Part shown: piece by piece, positions 1 to 11,900 of the stretch
Layout of the letters: each line of letters opens with the position of its first letter
Numbering within the stretch: position 1 is the first letter of the stretch
Assembly (NCBI RefSeq): GCF_006345805.1
Contig: NC_043023.1
Location: forward strand, 5,084,001 to 5,148,000
Length of the DNA stretch: 64,000 nucleotides
Reading direction: 5' to 3'
DNA from: Octopus sinensis
Taxonomy: Eukaryota
Notes under the pieces: model-generated
What the model was told of the DNA's origin: nothing
The model's input: only the letters and a program-made list of their open reading frames with translations
Database searches by the model: none
Position numbers and translations under genes: made by a program

Positions 1-168
1 ACCTCCCCGAGGGAATTTTTTGCCGAACAAATCGTGTTTTTAAAGCCTGGTATTATATCGGTTTTTCATTTTGCCGAACGATCAAGTTATGGGGACGTAA
101 ATAAACCAACACCAATTGTCAAACAGTAGTGGGAGACAAACACGCGGTGTGTGTGTGTGTATATATAC

Positions 169-218
<50 letters not shown>

Positions 219-276
219 GTATATATGTGTGTGTGTAGTGTGTATGTATGTATGTATGTATGTATGTAATGTATGC

Positions 277-315
<39 letters not shown>

Positions 316-330
316 GAAACGCCTATGTGC

Positions 331-374
<44 letters not shown>

Positions 375-842
375 GTGTGTATCTCTATACACACAGATCA
401 GGGGTGGCCGAACCACGGCATACAAGCCCCTTGCGGCTCTTTTACCCCTAGTCTATGTGGCTCTATAATCACAGTAAATATGTAAGTTAAATCTAAAATT
501 GAAGCCTTATAATTATTAATTATTGGGTATAAATTGATATGAGCAGTGCAGAGCTGTGGAAACTGCTTTTATTGCTTTTGCACAGAAGGTGAACGGCATT
601 CACCAATTATTTCAAATAAGCCCAGGGACTGGGTCACTAACGGTGATGTTCTTGTCATTGTTGGCGGCTTGTCTTACTGAGGTGTAGAGGGTGATGGTGC
701 TTGGCTGTTCCAATGCCTTAGCCTTGCCATTGCCTTTGGTAATGCCGCGAGCCTGTTGGCTTGCTTTAGTAGGTTCTGCCGAACCTAATGGTGGGCGACC
801 ACTTGATGTTGATTTGATGTATTTCTTTTTCTTTTCCTTTCT

Positions 843-1320
843 GGGATCTTTTCCTTTTGAACGGCACATGTCAACACAATTTCTAGTTAACTAAACACTT
901 TAAAACTTCGTATACTGGTAGAATGTGTCAAAATAAAACATTTTTTCTTTTTCTTGGCTTTCTTGAAAATTGTAATTTTTTGTTGTTTAACATAGTTTAA
1001 TTTTTCGAATTTTAACCAACCCTATGCTCTCTAATTGAGCTAAAATCATTTGCTGCGTCTAAAACTGAGACAACATCCTGTAACTAACCCTAACCCTAAA
1101 TTTTAGCCTTTTGTTTTTTTCTTTCTTAATTGTTACGCGTGTGTCTAAAATTATTTGTTGAAAAAAAAAAAACGAAAGGCTAAAATTTAGGGTTAGGGTG
1201 AAGGTGAGGGTGAAGAGAAAAATGTTTTATTTTGACACATTCTACCAGTATACAAAGTTTAAAAGTGTTTAGTTAACTAGAAATTGTGTTGACATGTGCC
1301 GTTCAAATGGAAAAGATCCC
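843..1320. mobile_element. Non-autonomous foldback DNA transposon (~105-bp TIRs starting GGGATCTTTTCC, 9-bp TSD; MULE/Merlin-like by TSD length)
   Basis: 843-~947 is the reverse complement of ~1215-1320. Flanks are TTCCTTTCT (834-842) and TTCCTTTTT (1321-1329). An inner inverted pair contains TAACCCTAACCC/GGGTTAGGG. Confidence 0.8.
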
Positions 1321-1732
1321 TTCCTTTTTGGTGATGCCATTGGTGACTCTGTAGACCAATCCTTGCATAGGAGAGTCAATGGCATTGACTGTTGGTTGAG
1401 GATGAGGTTGATTTTGTCAAGCCTTTCTCTCTTGTCATGTGATTTCTTCCTTTTCTCTTCTGGTAGCTTTGTCTTTAGTTCAGATGGTGATAAAACACTG
1501 CCACTTGCTACGGCCTCGGGCTTGTGTTTTAAACAGTTTAGGCTAAATTCCAGTAGCTTTCGGTGTTGCTTTGAGTTGATCCTTTTATTTTTGATGAGGG
1601 CAACCCCATGGTCTTTATCTTGAAGTGAGCTCACTGGATAAAACTTGATGTGGGAACCTTGACTCTCCCATTCTTGTTACATGTCTTGACCATCGAAGAC
1701 GGTGTTTCATGGTCAGCGACTCAGTACTGTTT

Positions 1733-2129
1733 TGGCTGTATGGTAAGTAGTTGCTTACCAACCACATGGTTCCAGGTTCAGTCCCACTGCTTGGCACCTT
1801 GGGCAAGTGTCTTCTACTATAGCCTCGGGCCGACCAAAGCCTTGTGAGTGGATTTGGTAGACAGAAACTGAAAAGAAGCCCGTCGTATATATGTATATAT
1901 ATATGTGTGTGCATGTATGTTTGTGTGTCTGTGTTTGTCCCCCAAGCATTGCTTGACAACCGATGCTGGTGTGTTTATGTCCCCGTCACTTAGCAGTTCG
2001 GCAAAAGAGATTGATAGAATAAGTACTGGGCTTACAAAGAATAAGTCCTGGGGTCGAGTTGCCCGACTAAAAGCGGTGCTCCAGCATGGCCGCTGTCAAC
2101 TGACTGAAACAAGTAAAAGAGTAAAAGAG
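1733..2129 (+). mobile_element. tRNA-headed SINE, family A (full length; >20 full or partial copies in window)
   Basis: A-box-like TGGCTGT(G/A)TGG and B-box-like GGTTCAGTCC, internal (TA/TG)n, core GATAGAATAAGTAC...GGGGTCGA, and a TAAAAGAG tail. The same sequence recurs throughout the window. Confidence 0.9.
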
Positions 2130-2188
2130 TATACATGTTACCTTCCAATGAAAAAATATAACTAAATGACGGTTATGTAAAAAATATA

Positions 2189-2590
2189 TAGGGGCAGGCG
2201 TGGTTGTGTGGTAAGATGCTTGCTTTCCAACCACATGGTTCCGGGTTCAGTCCCACTGCGTGGCACCTTGCTCAAGTGTCTTCTACTATAGCCTCAGGCC
2301 GGCCAAAGCCTTGTAAGTGGATTTAGTAAATGGAAACTGAACGCCTGTCACATATATATGTATATGTTTATGTGTGTCTGTTTTTGTCCCCCCACCATCA
2401 TTGTTTGACAACCAAAGTCGGTGTGTTTACGTCCCCATAACATAGCAATTTGGCAAAAGAGATGGATAGAATAAGTTCTAGGCTTACAAAGAATAAGCCC
2501 TGGGGTTGATTTCTTCGACTAAAACCCTTTAAGGCAGTGCTCCTGCATGGCCACAGTCAAATGACTGAAACAAATGAAAGAATAAAAAAA
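2189..2590 (+). mobile_element. SINE family A copy
   Basis: Colinear with the 1733-2129 copy. Confidence 0.85.
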
Positions 2591-2958
2591 AAAAATTCTA
2601 CTCCTTTTATTTTAGGTTTGTACTCTATGACGCTTGCAATTCATTTCCCATTCAAATTCTAATCAGGTAGATACATATTATAAATTATAATGCTAAGTCC
2701 TTATCATATTCTGTGTTAACTTTCACTTTTCTTTTTCAAGGTAGACTACTGTATTTTGTGTGCACTTCAATGTAGCAAATAGGAAAATTAATTTGATATC
2801 GCTTCTGTTATCTTTTGCTACTTGTCACACTTAGCTTTTCATAATGGCCATTGTCGTATTATCTATTTAAAACAATATTGATAAAATTAGGTCGATAATA
2901 TATGTTGTTTAACTTGTTGATGGACCTCCACCTCAAACCACACACACACCACACACAC

Positions 2959-2991
<33 letters not shown>

Positions 2992-3239
2992 TACAGGGTG
3001 ATTCAAAAGTAGCGCCTGTTTCTGGCAATCATGCTTTTCCTGGTTGTTTTGTATGTTGTTACTGACAGTTACTGAATCTGGACCATGTATCATTTTGATA
3101 TCCCAAACCCGTAGAACTAGAATTAGGAGCGAAATGTATCTCCCAATTTGGAAGTTATACATATCAACCCTCAAACAGTGTGTGTGTGTATTGTTGGCGA
3201 TTTTCTTTCTCCGTCTTCCCTTCTTTGGACATTTTCTAT

Positions 3240-3273
3240 ATTTCTGATGAGGAGCTCCGCTCAAAACATAACT
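3240..3273 (+). ncRNA. Degenerate type I hammerhead ribozyme in a PLE terminal-repeat fragment (probably dead)
   Basis: CTGATGA-G-GAGC(tcc)GCTC-AAAAC: stem II is intact but G12 is changed to A. Related to the copies at 33793 and 35710. Confidence 0.6.
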
Positions 3274-3788
3274 CCCCCCTTTTTTTTTTCTTTCCTAAGT
3301 GTCCAGTAACACTCTACTTATTCCATGTCCTCACATTGTTGTTTTTTCTTGCTTGTTCATGTTTGGATTGACTATATATATATATATATTGTTGTATGGT
3401 AAGAAGCTTGCTTCCTAACCATATGGTTCTGGGTTCAGTTCCATTCATCCCACTGCATGGCACCTTCGGCAAATGTTTTCTACTGTAGCCTTTAGTGGAT
3501 TTGGTAGACGGAAACTGAAAGAAGTTTGTCGCACATATATATATGTATATATCTATGTGTGCGTGTCTGTGTTTGTCCCCCCACTCACTGCTTGACATCT
3601 GGTTTGACAAAATACTATGCAAAATACTTTTGTGATTTCATTCGAAGTGAAATTTCAAGTCCCTGGCTTTGTATAGAATAGGTGAAATATGGAAAATAAG
3701 GAACAAAGGTACGTTATTTACTATAGCCTCAGGCTGACCAAAGCCTTGTGAGTGGATTTGGTAGACGGAAACTGAAAGAAGCCCGTTG

Positions 3789-3814
<26 letters not shown>

Positions 3815-3819
<5 letters not shown>

Positions 3820-4180
3820 CAGTCATTTGACTGCGGTCATGCTGGAGCACCACCTTTAGTCGAGCAAATCGACCCCAGGACTTATTCTTTGTAAGCCTAG
3901 TACTCATTCTATTGGTCGCTTTGGCCAAACCGCTAAGTTACAGAGAAGTAAACACACCGGCATCGGTTGTCAACCAATTTTGGAGGGAAAAACACACACA
4001 CACACACACACATATAATCGACGGGCTTCTTTCAGTTTCCATCTACCAAATCCACTCACAAAGCTTTGGTCGGGCCAAGGCTATAGTAGAAGACACTTGC
4101 GCAAGGTGACACGCAGTGGAACTGAACCCAGAACCATGTGGTTGGTAAACAAGCTACTTACCACACAGCTACTCCTGTGC
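3815..4180 (-). mobile_element. SINE family A copy
   Basis: Reverse complement of family A. Confidence 0.85.
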
Positions 4181-4194
4181 CTAATGAATATTTT

Positions 4195-5615
4195 AGAAAT
4201 TTAGCTATTAGAATAAAAGAAATGCAAAATATGGAAGGAATTATAGTACAATCAGATAAAACTAGGAACCTGTATAAACTAGATGTTAAATTATATGATA
4301 ACCTATTAGAGAAATAAATAAATAAATAATATAAAATTGTTCCAGAAAATACTCTTTATAATATAAATAAGGCCTCTAAATTAATCATGATGAAATATAA
4401 GTTAGATAATAAAACTGACCCTTATGTTCCTATGCACCCTAGAATTACTTTATAAGACCATAAGGATAATTTTTATTCTGACCCAAAAGTTAGACTTATT
4501 TGTCCATGTAACTCAGATCTAGGTAAATTAAGTAAAACCATTTTGGATAAATATTTTAATAGATTAAATGAAATTAATTACCTTAAACTTTGGACTAGTA
4601 CTAATGATACTTTAAAATGGTTGAATAATACTAAAGATCAAAATAGATTTAAATTGATTCAAATAGATATAGATAATTATTATTATTCTATAAACGAGAC
4701 TGTTCTCAGTAAGGCCCTAATTTATGCAATGAATAAGGTAGGAATGACTTATGGTGAAGTTCATGTAGTTAAAATGGCTAGGAAATTGTTGATTAGATAT
4801 AATAATAAATTTTGGGCTAGGAAGGATACTAGGGATTATTTCTATGGGGGCACCTGATTCTGCACAGGCAACTGATTTAGTAGGTATTTATTTATTATCA
4901 GAACTTCAGTTAGAAAAATTAAAGTTCGAAGGTGATCTATATAGGGATGACCTTTTATTAATAACTAAGAATTGCACCAATAGGACACTAGAATTCACAC
5001 GAATCGGCTGTGTTCCCGCGTGTATTTTTAAATGAAATTTTCTCTAAATACTTTTCAGAGTGTATATTATATCGCAATTTCATGTGAAAAGAAAATTAAT
5101 GAGCACACTCCTACTTTCTGACACACAGCACAATTTTTTTCGAAATTTCAAGTTTCACTTTGCAGATAGACGTGACGTGTGTCATCTGTATGTATATGTG
5201 TGAGTCATCAAATTTGTTTTTTGTTATTAAGTTATATAAGAAGAAACTATATAGTTTTTTTTAAAAGATATGGATTAAGTATTACTATATATAATGAGAA
5301 CTATAATGTTAATTATTTAGATGCTAATTTTAATTTAATAACAGGTAAAACCCAACCATTTCATAAAATTAATGAAAACCTTAGATATATTAATTCTAAT
5401 ATTAATTCTAATCCACCTTCAATTAAGAAATCGTTGACAGATAATTTAGGTAAAAGAATATCGTTGCTTTCTTCTAATTTTGAGATTTTCCAAAAACACA
5501 CACCTTATTATAATGAAGCCCTGTGGGAAGCGGGATGTATTAATAATATTAAATTCTTTAATAATTGTAAATATAATTATGATATAAAAAATTATAATAT
5601 AAATTATTCCTATAT
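4195..5615 (+). mobile_element. Degenerate Penelope-like retroelement RT fragment, interrupted at ~4995-5234
   Basis: Frame-shifted ORF pieces HPRITFKDHK, KVRLICP, QIDIDNYY, MGAPDSAQATDLVG, DLYRDD, NYLDANFNL and SNPPSIKK are typical PLE RT motifs and resemble the 19.7-20.6 kb element. Confidence 0.85.
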
Positions 5616-5971
5616 TGTAAATCCACTCACAAGGCTTTTGTTGGCCTGAGGTTATAGTAGAAGACACTTGCCCAAGGAGCCTTGGGAATGAACCCTGGAC
5701 CTTTCGGTTGAGAAGCAAACTTCTTACCCCACAACCACGCCTGCACCTATGTTTGTGTATGCATTGCCTCCAGTAACAAAACCTGATGATTCTATATTTT
5801 TATTCTTTTGTTGTAATTTTTTTAATTAGTTCTAATTTTTTAATTACAGAGAGATTCGAAAGCCTGAAGAAATCCTCAAAAGGAAGTCATTTAGAATAAA
5901 GAATAACGAAGACAAAAGAAGTGTAGACATTAAGAAACCTCAAGCTATATCTACGAAACCTGTTTGTTAAT

Positions 5972-5982
5972 ATGGCGCAACT
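5972..5982 (+). CDS. REXO4: Exonuclease gene, first coding exon (MAQL; exon 5850-5982 is mostly 5' UTR)
   Basis: AG acceptor at 5848-5849; aatATGG context; in-frame upstream TAG at 5924-5926. The CT|GTAATT donor gives exactly the phase 2 needed by the next exon. Confidence 0.6.
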
Positions 5983-8900
5983 GTAATTCTGTTATTCTTT
6001 TATTCTCTTATTCATCACTGTCTCTATCGCTTCTCCTCTTCATTCACTCCAGCTGTGTGGTTAAGAAGCTTGCTTTGCGAACGTGTAGTCTCAGGTTCCG
6101 TCCCACTGTGTGGAATCTTTTTTTTTTAGGTGTCTTTTTGCTATATGAGTGCCAAGTGAAGCAGTGTGTTGTGACTGAATTTGATAGGTGGGAACAGTGT
6201 GTGTGTGTGTGTGTATGTGCACATGTGCGCATGCATGTGGACGTGTATGTGTGTGCTTGTGTGTATGTACGTGCATGTATGTGTATGTGTGTATACATGG
6301 GGTATGTGTGTGTGTGTGTGTGTGCATGTACTTGTCTCCCATCATCATTTGAGAACTGGAATATACCCCTATAACTTAGTAGTTTGGCAAAAGGGGCTGA
6401 TGAAACAAGTACCAGATTTAAAGATAAGTACTGGGGTCAATTTGCTTGAGTAAACCCTTCTAGCTGGTGCTCCAGCATGACTAAAAGAAGTAAATATGTG
6501 TTTGTGTGAGTGTGTGTGTGTGTGAACATATATATATCTGCTACATATGCGGGAAATTTTTGTGGAGTTGTTCATTTGGTATAAATCAAACTGAGTATGC
6601 TTATTTCTTAGTATTTGAAATATTAGAGTTATTTTCGCAATTTATCCAGTACAACCCTTAAACAAGTAAATAGTATTTTCATAAACAATAGATCCACTTA
6701 TTTCGGTTAGTAACTTATTCACAAATATACCAACACTAGCGCCGCTGAGGGTAATATTCTCTGGGAACGCACAAAAGCCCTTTTCAGAGTTATTTACTTT
6801 GAATTGTTATTATCTCATATCTGATTAGCTTGTTATTACATAACATGCTTCACGATTTTAGCATACATACCTTATTAGCATTTTCTCCTGTATTCTGTAT
6901 ACTCTGGGAACACATTAAAGCCCTTTATTTGAATTCTTACTATCGGGTAACTAATTTCATATTATTACATAACTGACTTCACAATTTGGGTATTCATAAC
7001 TTATTGGGAATTCCTAAAGACAAGATCCTCTGTAAGACAGTTTGGTATTCTCTGTAAATGCACAAAACCCATTTTAATGGTTACATACTTTGTATTGTTA
7101 TTGGATTAGTGTCCATTATAACCTTCGAAGGTTATAATGGACACAAGTCTGTGTGTCATATAGCTATCTAGAGGCAATGGCCTCTTGGAGCTAATCAACG
7201 GCAGCTTTAGTCCTATATTTATGGACTGCCATATTAGCTTAGCGATAACTGTTAATATCCAGTACCGCTGCTGTACTCTCCTTTAGAGAGACTTAGAAAT
7301 AATAATATTTATACATTTAATAGTTCTCTGCAAATTTCTTATTGTTGTTGTTGCTATTGGTTGCAGAAATACACCTTGTGTGGCGCTGGATTGCGAAATG
7401 GTTGGCGCTGGTCCATATGCTGAGACTGACATGCTTGCTCGAGCATCATTAGTTAACCTGGAAGGAGAATGCATCTACGACCAATATGTGAAGCCAAGAC
7501 AAAAGGTCACAAGTTACAGGACACGGGTCAGTGGAATAACCCCGGATTTACTCGTTGACGGTCAGTGCACAGAATTTAGTTATTGTTTCTGTTGGTGGTG
7601 GTGATATTGGCAGTGTTGTGGTGGTAGTAGTAAAACTGTGCTGTTCATGGTTTTGGTTGTAGTGGTGGTAGTGATGGAAGTGATATTGATGTTGTTGATA
7701 GTAGTAGTGTTGGGGATAGTAATGCTGTGCTGTTCATGGTTTTGGTTGTGGTTGTGTTGGTGGTGATGGAAGTGATGGTTTTTGTTGTGGTGGTGGTAGT
7801 GGTAATGCTGCGCAGTTCATGGTTTTGGTTGTGGTGGTGGTGGTGGTGGTGATGGAAGTGATGGTTGCTGTGGTGGTGGTGATGGAAGTGATATTGGTGT
7901 TGTTGATGGTAGTGGTGTTGGTGGTAGTAATGCTGTGCTGTTCATGGTTTTGGTTGTGGTGATGGTGGTAGTGGTAATGCTGTGCTGTTCATGGTTTTGG
8001 TTGTGGTGATGGTGGTAGTGGCAATGCTGTGCTGTTCATGGTTTTGGTTGTGGTGGTGGTGGTAGTGGTAATGCTGTGCTGTTCATGGTTTTGGTTGTGG
8101 TGATGGTGGTAGTGGCAATGCTGTGCTGTTCATGGTTTTGGTTGTGGTGATGGTGGTAGTGGTAATGCTGTGCTGTTCATGGTTTTGGTTGTGGTGGTGG
8201 TGGTAGTGGTAATGCTGTACTGTTCATGGTTTTGGTTGTGGTGGTGGTGTTGGTGGTAGTAATGCTGTGCTGTTCATGGTTTTGGTTGTGGTGGTGGTGG
8301 TAGTGGTAATGCTATACTGTTCATGGTTTTGGTTGTGGTGGTGGTGGTAGTGGTAATGCTGTACTGTTCATGGTTTTGGTTGTGGTGGTGGTGGTAGTGG
8401 TAATGCTGTACTGTTCATGGTTTTGGTTGTGGTGGTGGTGTTGGTGGTAGTATGCTGTGTGTTCATGGTTTTGGTTGTGGGTGGTGGTGGTAGTGGTAAT
8501 GCTGTACTGTTCATGGTTTTGGTTGTGGTGTGGTGGTAGTGGTATGATGCTGTACTGTTCATGGTTTTGGTTGTGGTGGTGGTGGTAGTGGTAATGCTGT
8601 ACTGTTCATGGTTTTGGTTGTGGTGGTGGTGTTGGTGGTAGTGGTAATGCTGTGCTGTTCATGGTTTTGGTTGTGGTGGTGGTGGTGATGGAAGTGATAT
8701 TGGTGTTGTTGATGGTAGTGGTGTTGGTGGTAGTAATGCTGTGCTGTTCATGGTTTTGGTTGTGGTGGTGGTGGTAGTGGTAATGCTGTACTGTTCATGG
8801 TTTTGGTTGTGGTGGTGGTGTTGGTGGTAGTAATGCTGTGCTGTTCATGGTTTTGGTTGTGGTGGTGGTGGTAGTGGTAATGCTGTACTGTTCATGGTTT

Positions 8901-11900
8901 TGGTTGTGGTGGTGGTGGTGGTGGTAGTGGTAATGCTGTACTGTTCATGGTTTTGGTTGTGGTGGTGGTGGTAGTGGTTATGCTGTACTGTTCATGGTTT
9001 TGGTTGTGGTGATGGTGGTAGTGGTAATGCTGTGCTGTTCATGGTTTTGGTTGTGGTGGTGGTGTTGGTGGTAGTAATGCTGTGCTGTTCATGGTTTTGG
9101 TTGTGGTGGTGGTGGTGGTAGTGGTAATGCTGTGCTGTTGATGGTTTTGGTTGTGGTGGTGGTGGTAGTGGTAATGCTATACTGTTCATGGTTTTGGTTG
9201 TGGTGGTGGTGGTAGTGGTAATGCTGTACTGTTCATGGTTTTGGTTGTGGTGGGGTGTGTGTGGTAGTGGTAATGCTGTGCTGTGATGGTGTTGGTTGAT
9301 GGTGGTGTGTGGTGGTAGGTAGTGGTAATGCTGTGCTGTGGATGGTTGGGTTGGTTTGTGGTGGTGGTTTTAGGGGTGGTGGTGGTGATGGAAGTGATAT
9401 TGGTGTTGTTGATGGTAGTGGTGGTGGTGGTAGTAATGCTGTACTGTTCATGGTTTTGGTTGTGGTGGTGGTGGTAGTGGTAATGCTGTACTGTTGATGG
9501 TTTTGGTTGTGGTGGTGGTGTTGGTGGTAATGCTGTGCTGTTGATGGTTTTGGTTGTGGTGGTGGTGGTAGTGGTAATGCTGTGCTGTTCATGGTTTTGG
9601 TTGTGGTGGTGGTGGTAGTGGTAATGCTGTGCTGTTCATGGTTTTGGTTGTGGTGGTGGTGGTAGTGGTAATGCTGGTTGGTTAGGGTTTTGTTGTGTTT
9701 TTTGTGGTGGTGGTGTGTGTATGGTAATGCTGTGCTGTTCATGGTTTTGGTTGTGGTGGTGTGGTGGTAGTGGTGGTTGGTAATGCTGGCTGTTGATGGT
9801 TTTGGTTGTGGTGGTGGTGGTAGTGGTAATGCTGTGCTGTTCATGGTTTTGGTTGTGGTGGTGGTGGTAGTGGTAATGCTGTGCTGTTCATGGTTTTGGT
9901 TTGGTGTGGTGGTAGTGGTGGTGGTGATGGAAGTGATATTGGTGTTGTTGATGGTAGTGGTGTGGTGGTTGTGGTAGTATGCTGTACTGTTCATGGTTTT
10001 GGTTGTGGTGGTGGTGGTAGTGGTAATGCTGTGCTGTTCATGGTTTTGGTTGTGGTGGTGGTGATGGAAGTGATATTGGTGTTGTTGATGGTAGTGGTGT
10101 TGGTGGTAGTAATGCTGTGCTGTTCATGGTTTTGGTTGTGGTGGTGGTGGTAGTGGTAATGCTGTACTGTTCTTGGTTTTGGTTGTGGTGATGGTGGTAG
10201 TGGTAATGCTGTGCTGTTCATGGTTTTGGTTGTGGTGGTGGTGTTGGTGGTAGTAATGCTGTGCTGTTCATGGTTTTGGTTGTGGTGGTGGTGGTAGTGG
10301 TAATGCTGTACTGTTCATGGTTTTGGTTGTGGTGGTGGTGGTAGTGGTAACGCTGTGCTGTTGATGGTTTTGGTTGTGGTGGTGGTGGTAGTGGTAATGC
10401 TGTGCTGTTCATGGTTTTGGTTGTGGTGGTAGTGGTAATGCTGTGCTGTTCATGGTTTTGGTTGTGGTGGTAGTGGTAATGCTGTGCTGTTCATGGTTTT
10501 GGTTGTGGTGGTGGTGGTAGTGGTAATGCTGTGCTGTTCATGGTTTTGGTTGTGGTGGTGGTGGTAGTGGTGGTGATGGAAGTGATATTGGTGTTGTTGA
10601 TGGTAGTGGTGGTGGTGGTAGTAATGCTGTACTGTTCATGGTTTTGGTTGTGGTGGTGGTGGTAGTGGTAATGCTGTGATTCATGGTTTTGGTTGTGTGG
10701 TGGTGGTAGTGGGTAGTGGTAATGCTGTACTGTTCATGGTTGGTTGTGGTGGTGGTGGTAGTGGTAATGCTGTACTGTTCATGGTTTTGGTTGTGGTGTG
10801 GTGGTGGTAGTGGTAATGCTGTACTGTTCATGGTTTTGGTTGTGGTGGTAGTGGTAATGCTCTACTGTTCATGGTTTTGGTTGTGGTGGTGGTGGTAGTG
10901 GTAATGCTGTGCTGTTGATGGTTTTGGTTGTGGTGGTGGTGGTAGTGGTAATGCTCTGCTGTTGATGGTTTTGGTTGTGGTGGTGGTGGTAGTGGTAATG
11001 CTGTGCTGTTGATGGTTTTGGTTGTGGTGGTGGTGGTAGTGGTAATGCTGTGCTGTTGATGGTTTTGGTTGTGGTGGTGGTGGTAGTGGTAATGCTGTGC
11101 TGTTCATGGTTTTGGTTGTGGTGGTGGTGGTAGTGGTAATGCTGTGCTGTTCATGGTTTTGGTTGTGGTGGTGGTAGTGGTGGTGGTGATGGAAGTGATA
11201 TTGGTGTTGTTGATGGTAGTGGTGGTGGTGGTAGTAATGCTGTACTGTTCATGGTTTTGGTTGTGGTGGTGGTGGTAGTGGTAATGCTGTGCTGTTCATG
11301 GTTTTGGTTGTGGTGGTGGTGATGGAAGTGATATTGGTGTTGTTGATGGTAGTGGTGTTGGTGGTAGTAATGCTGTGCTGTTCATGGTTTTGGTTGTGGT
11401 GGTGGTGGTAGTGGTAATGCTGTACTGTTCTTGGTTTTGGTTGTGGTGATGGTGGTAGTGGTAATGCTGTGCTGTTCATGGTTTTGGTTGTGGTGGTGGT
11501 GTTGGTGGTAGTAATGCTGTGCTGTTATGGTTTTGTGTTGTGGTGGTGGTGGTAGTGGTAGTGGTAATGCTGTACTGTTCATGGTTTTGGTGTGGTGGTG
11601 GTGGTAGTGGTAACGCTGTGTGCTGTTGATGGTTTTGGTTGTGGTGGTGTGGTGGTAGTGGTAATGCTGTGCTGTTCATGGTTTTGTTGTGGTGGTAGTG
11701 GTAATGCTGTGCTGTTCATGGTTTTGGTTGTGGTGGTGGTGGTAGTGGTAATAATGCTGGCTTGTTTGGTTTTGTGGTTGGGGTGTGGTAGTGGTAATGC
11801 TGTGCTGTTCATGGTTTTGGTTGTGGTGGTGGTGGTAGTGGTGGTGATGGAAGTGATATTGGTGTTGTTGATGGTAGTGGTGGTGGTGGTAGTAATGCTG

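Noticed and set aside
87-451. YI/HT/VC-rich ORFs here and at 18.0, 35.1, 43.6, 62.1 and 63.1 kb
   Set aside because: They are translations of (TA)n, (CA)n and (TACA)n microsatellites.
612-1634. Lys-rich - strand ORF pair split by the foldback element
   Set aside because: Removing the element and one TSD gives a frame that stops within ~15 codons. No motif was recognised and there are no convincing splice sites.
1733-1800. tRNA genes at SINE heads
   Set aside because: Only A/B-box-like parts are present, there is no full cloverleaf, and each is fused to a repeat body.
5783-5870. CTGATGA and CTGAAGA near the first exonuclease exon
   Set aside because: There are no flanking helices consistent with a hammerhead; these are chance heptamers.
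6759-7100. Three degenerate ~145-bp repeats as a possible coding repeat
   Set aside because: Periods of 143 and 148 are not multiples of 3, and all frames contain stops.
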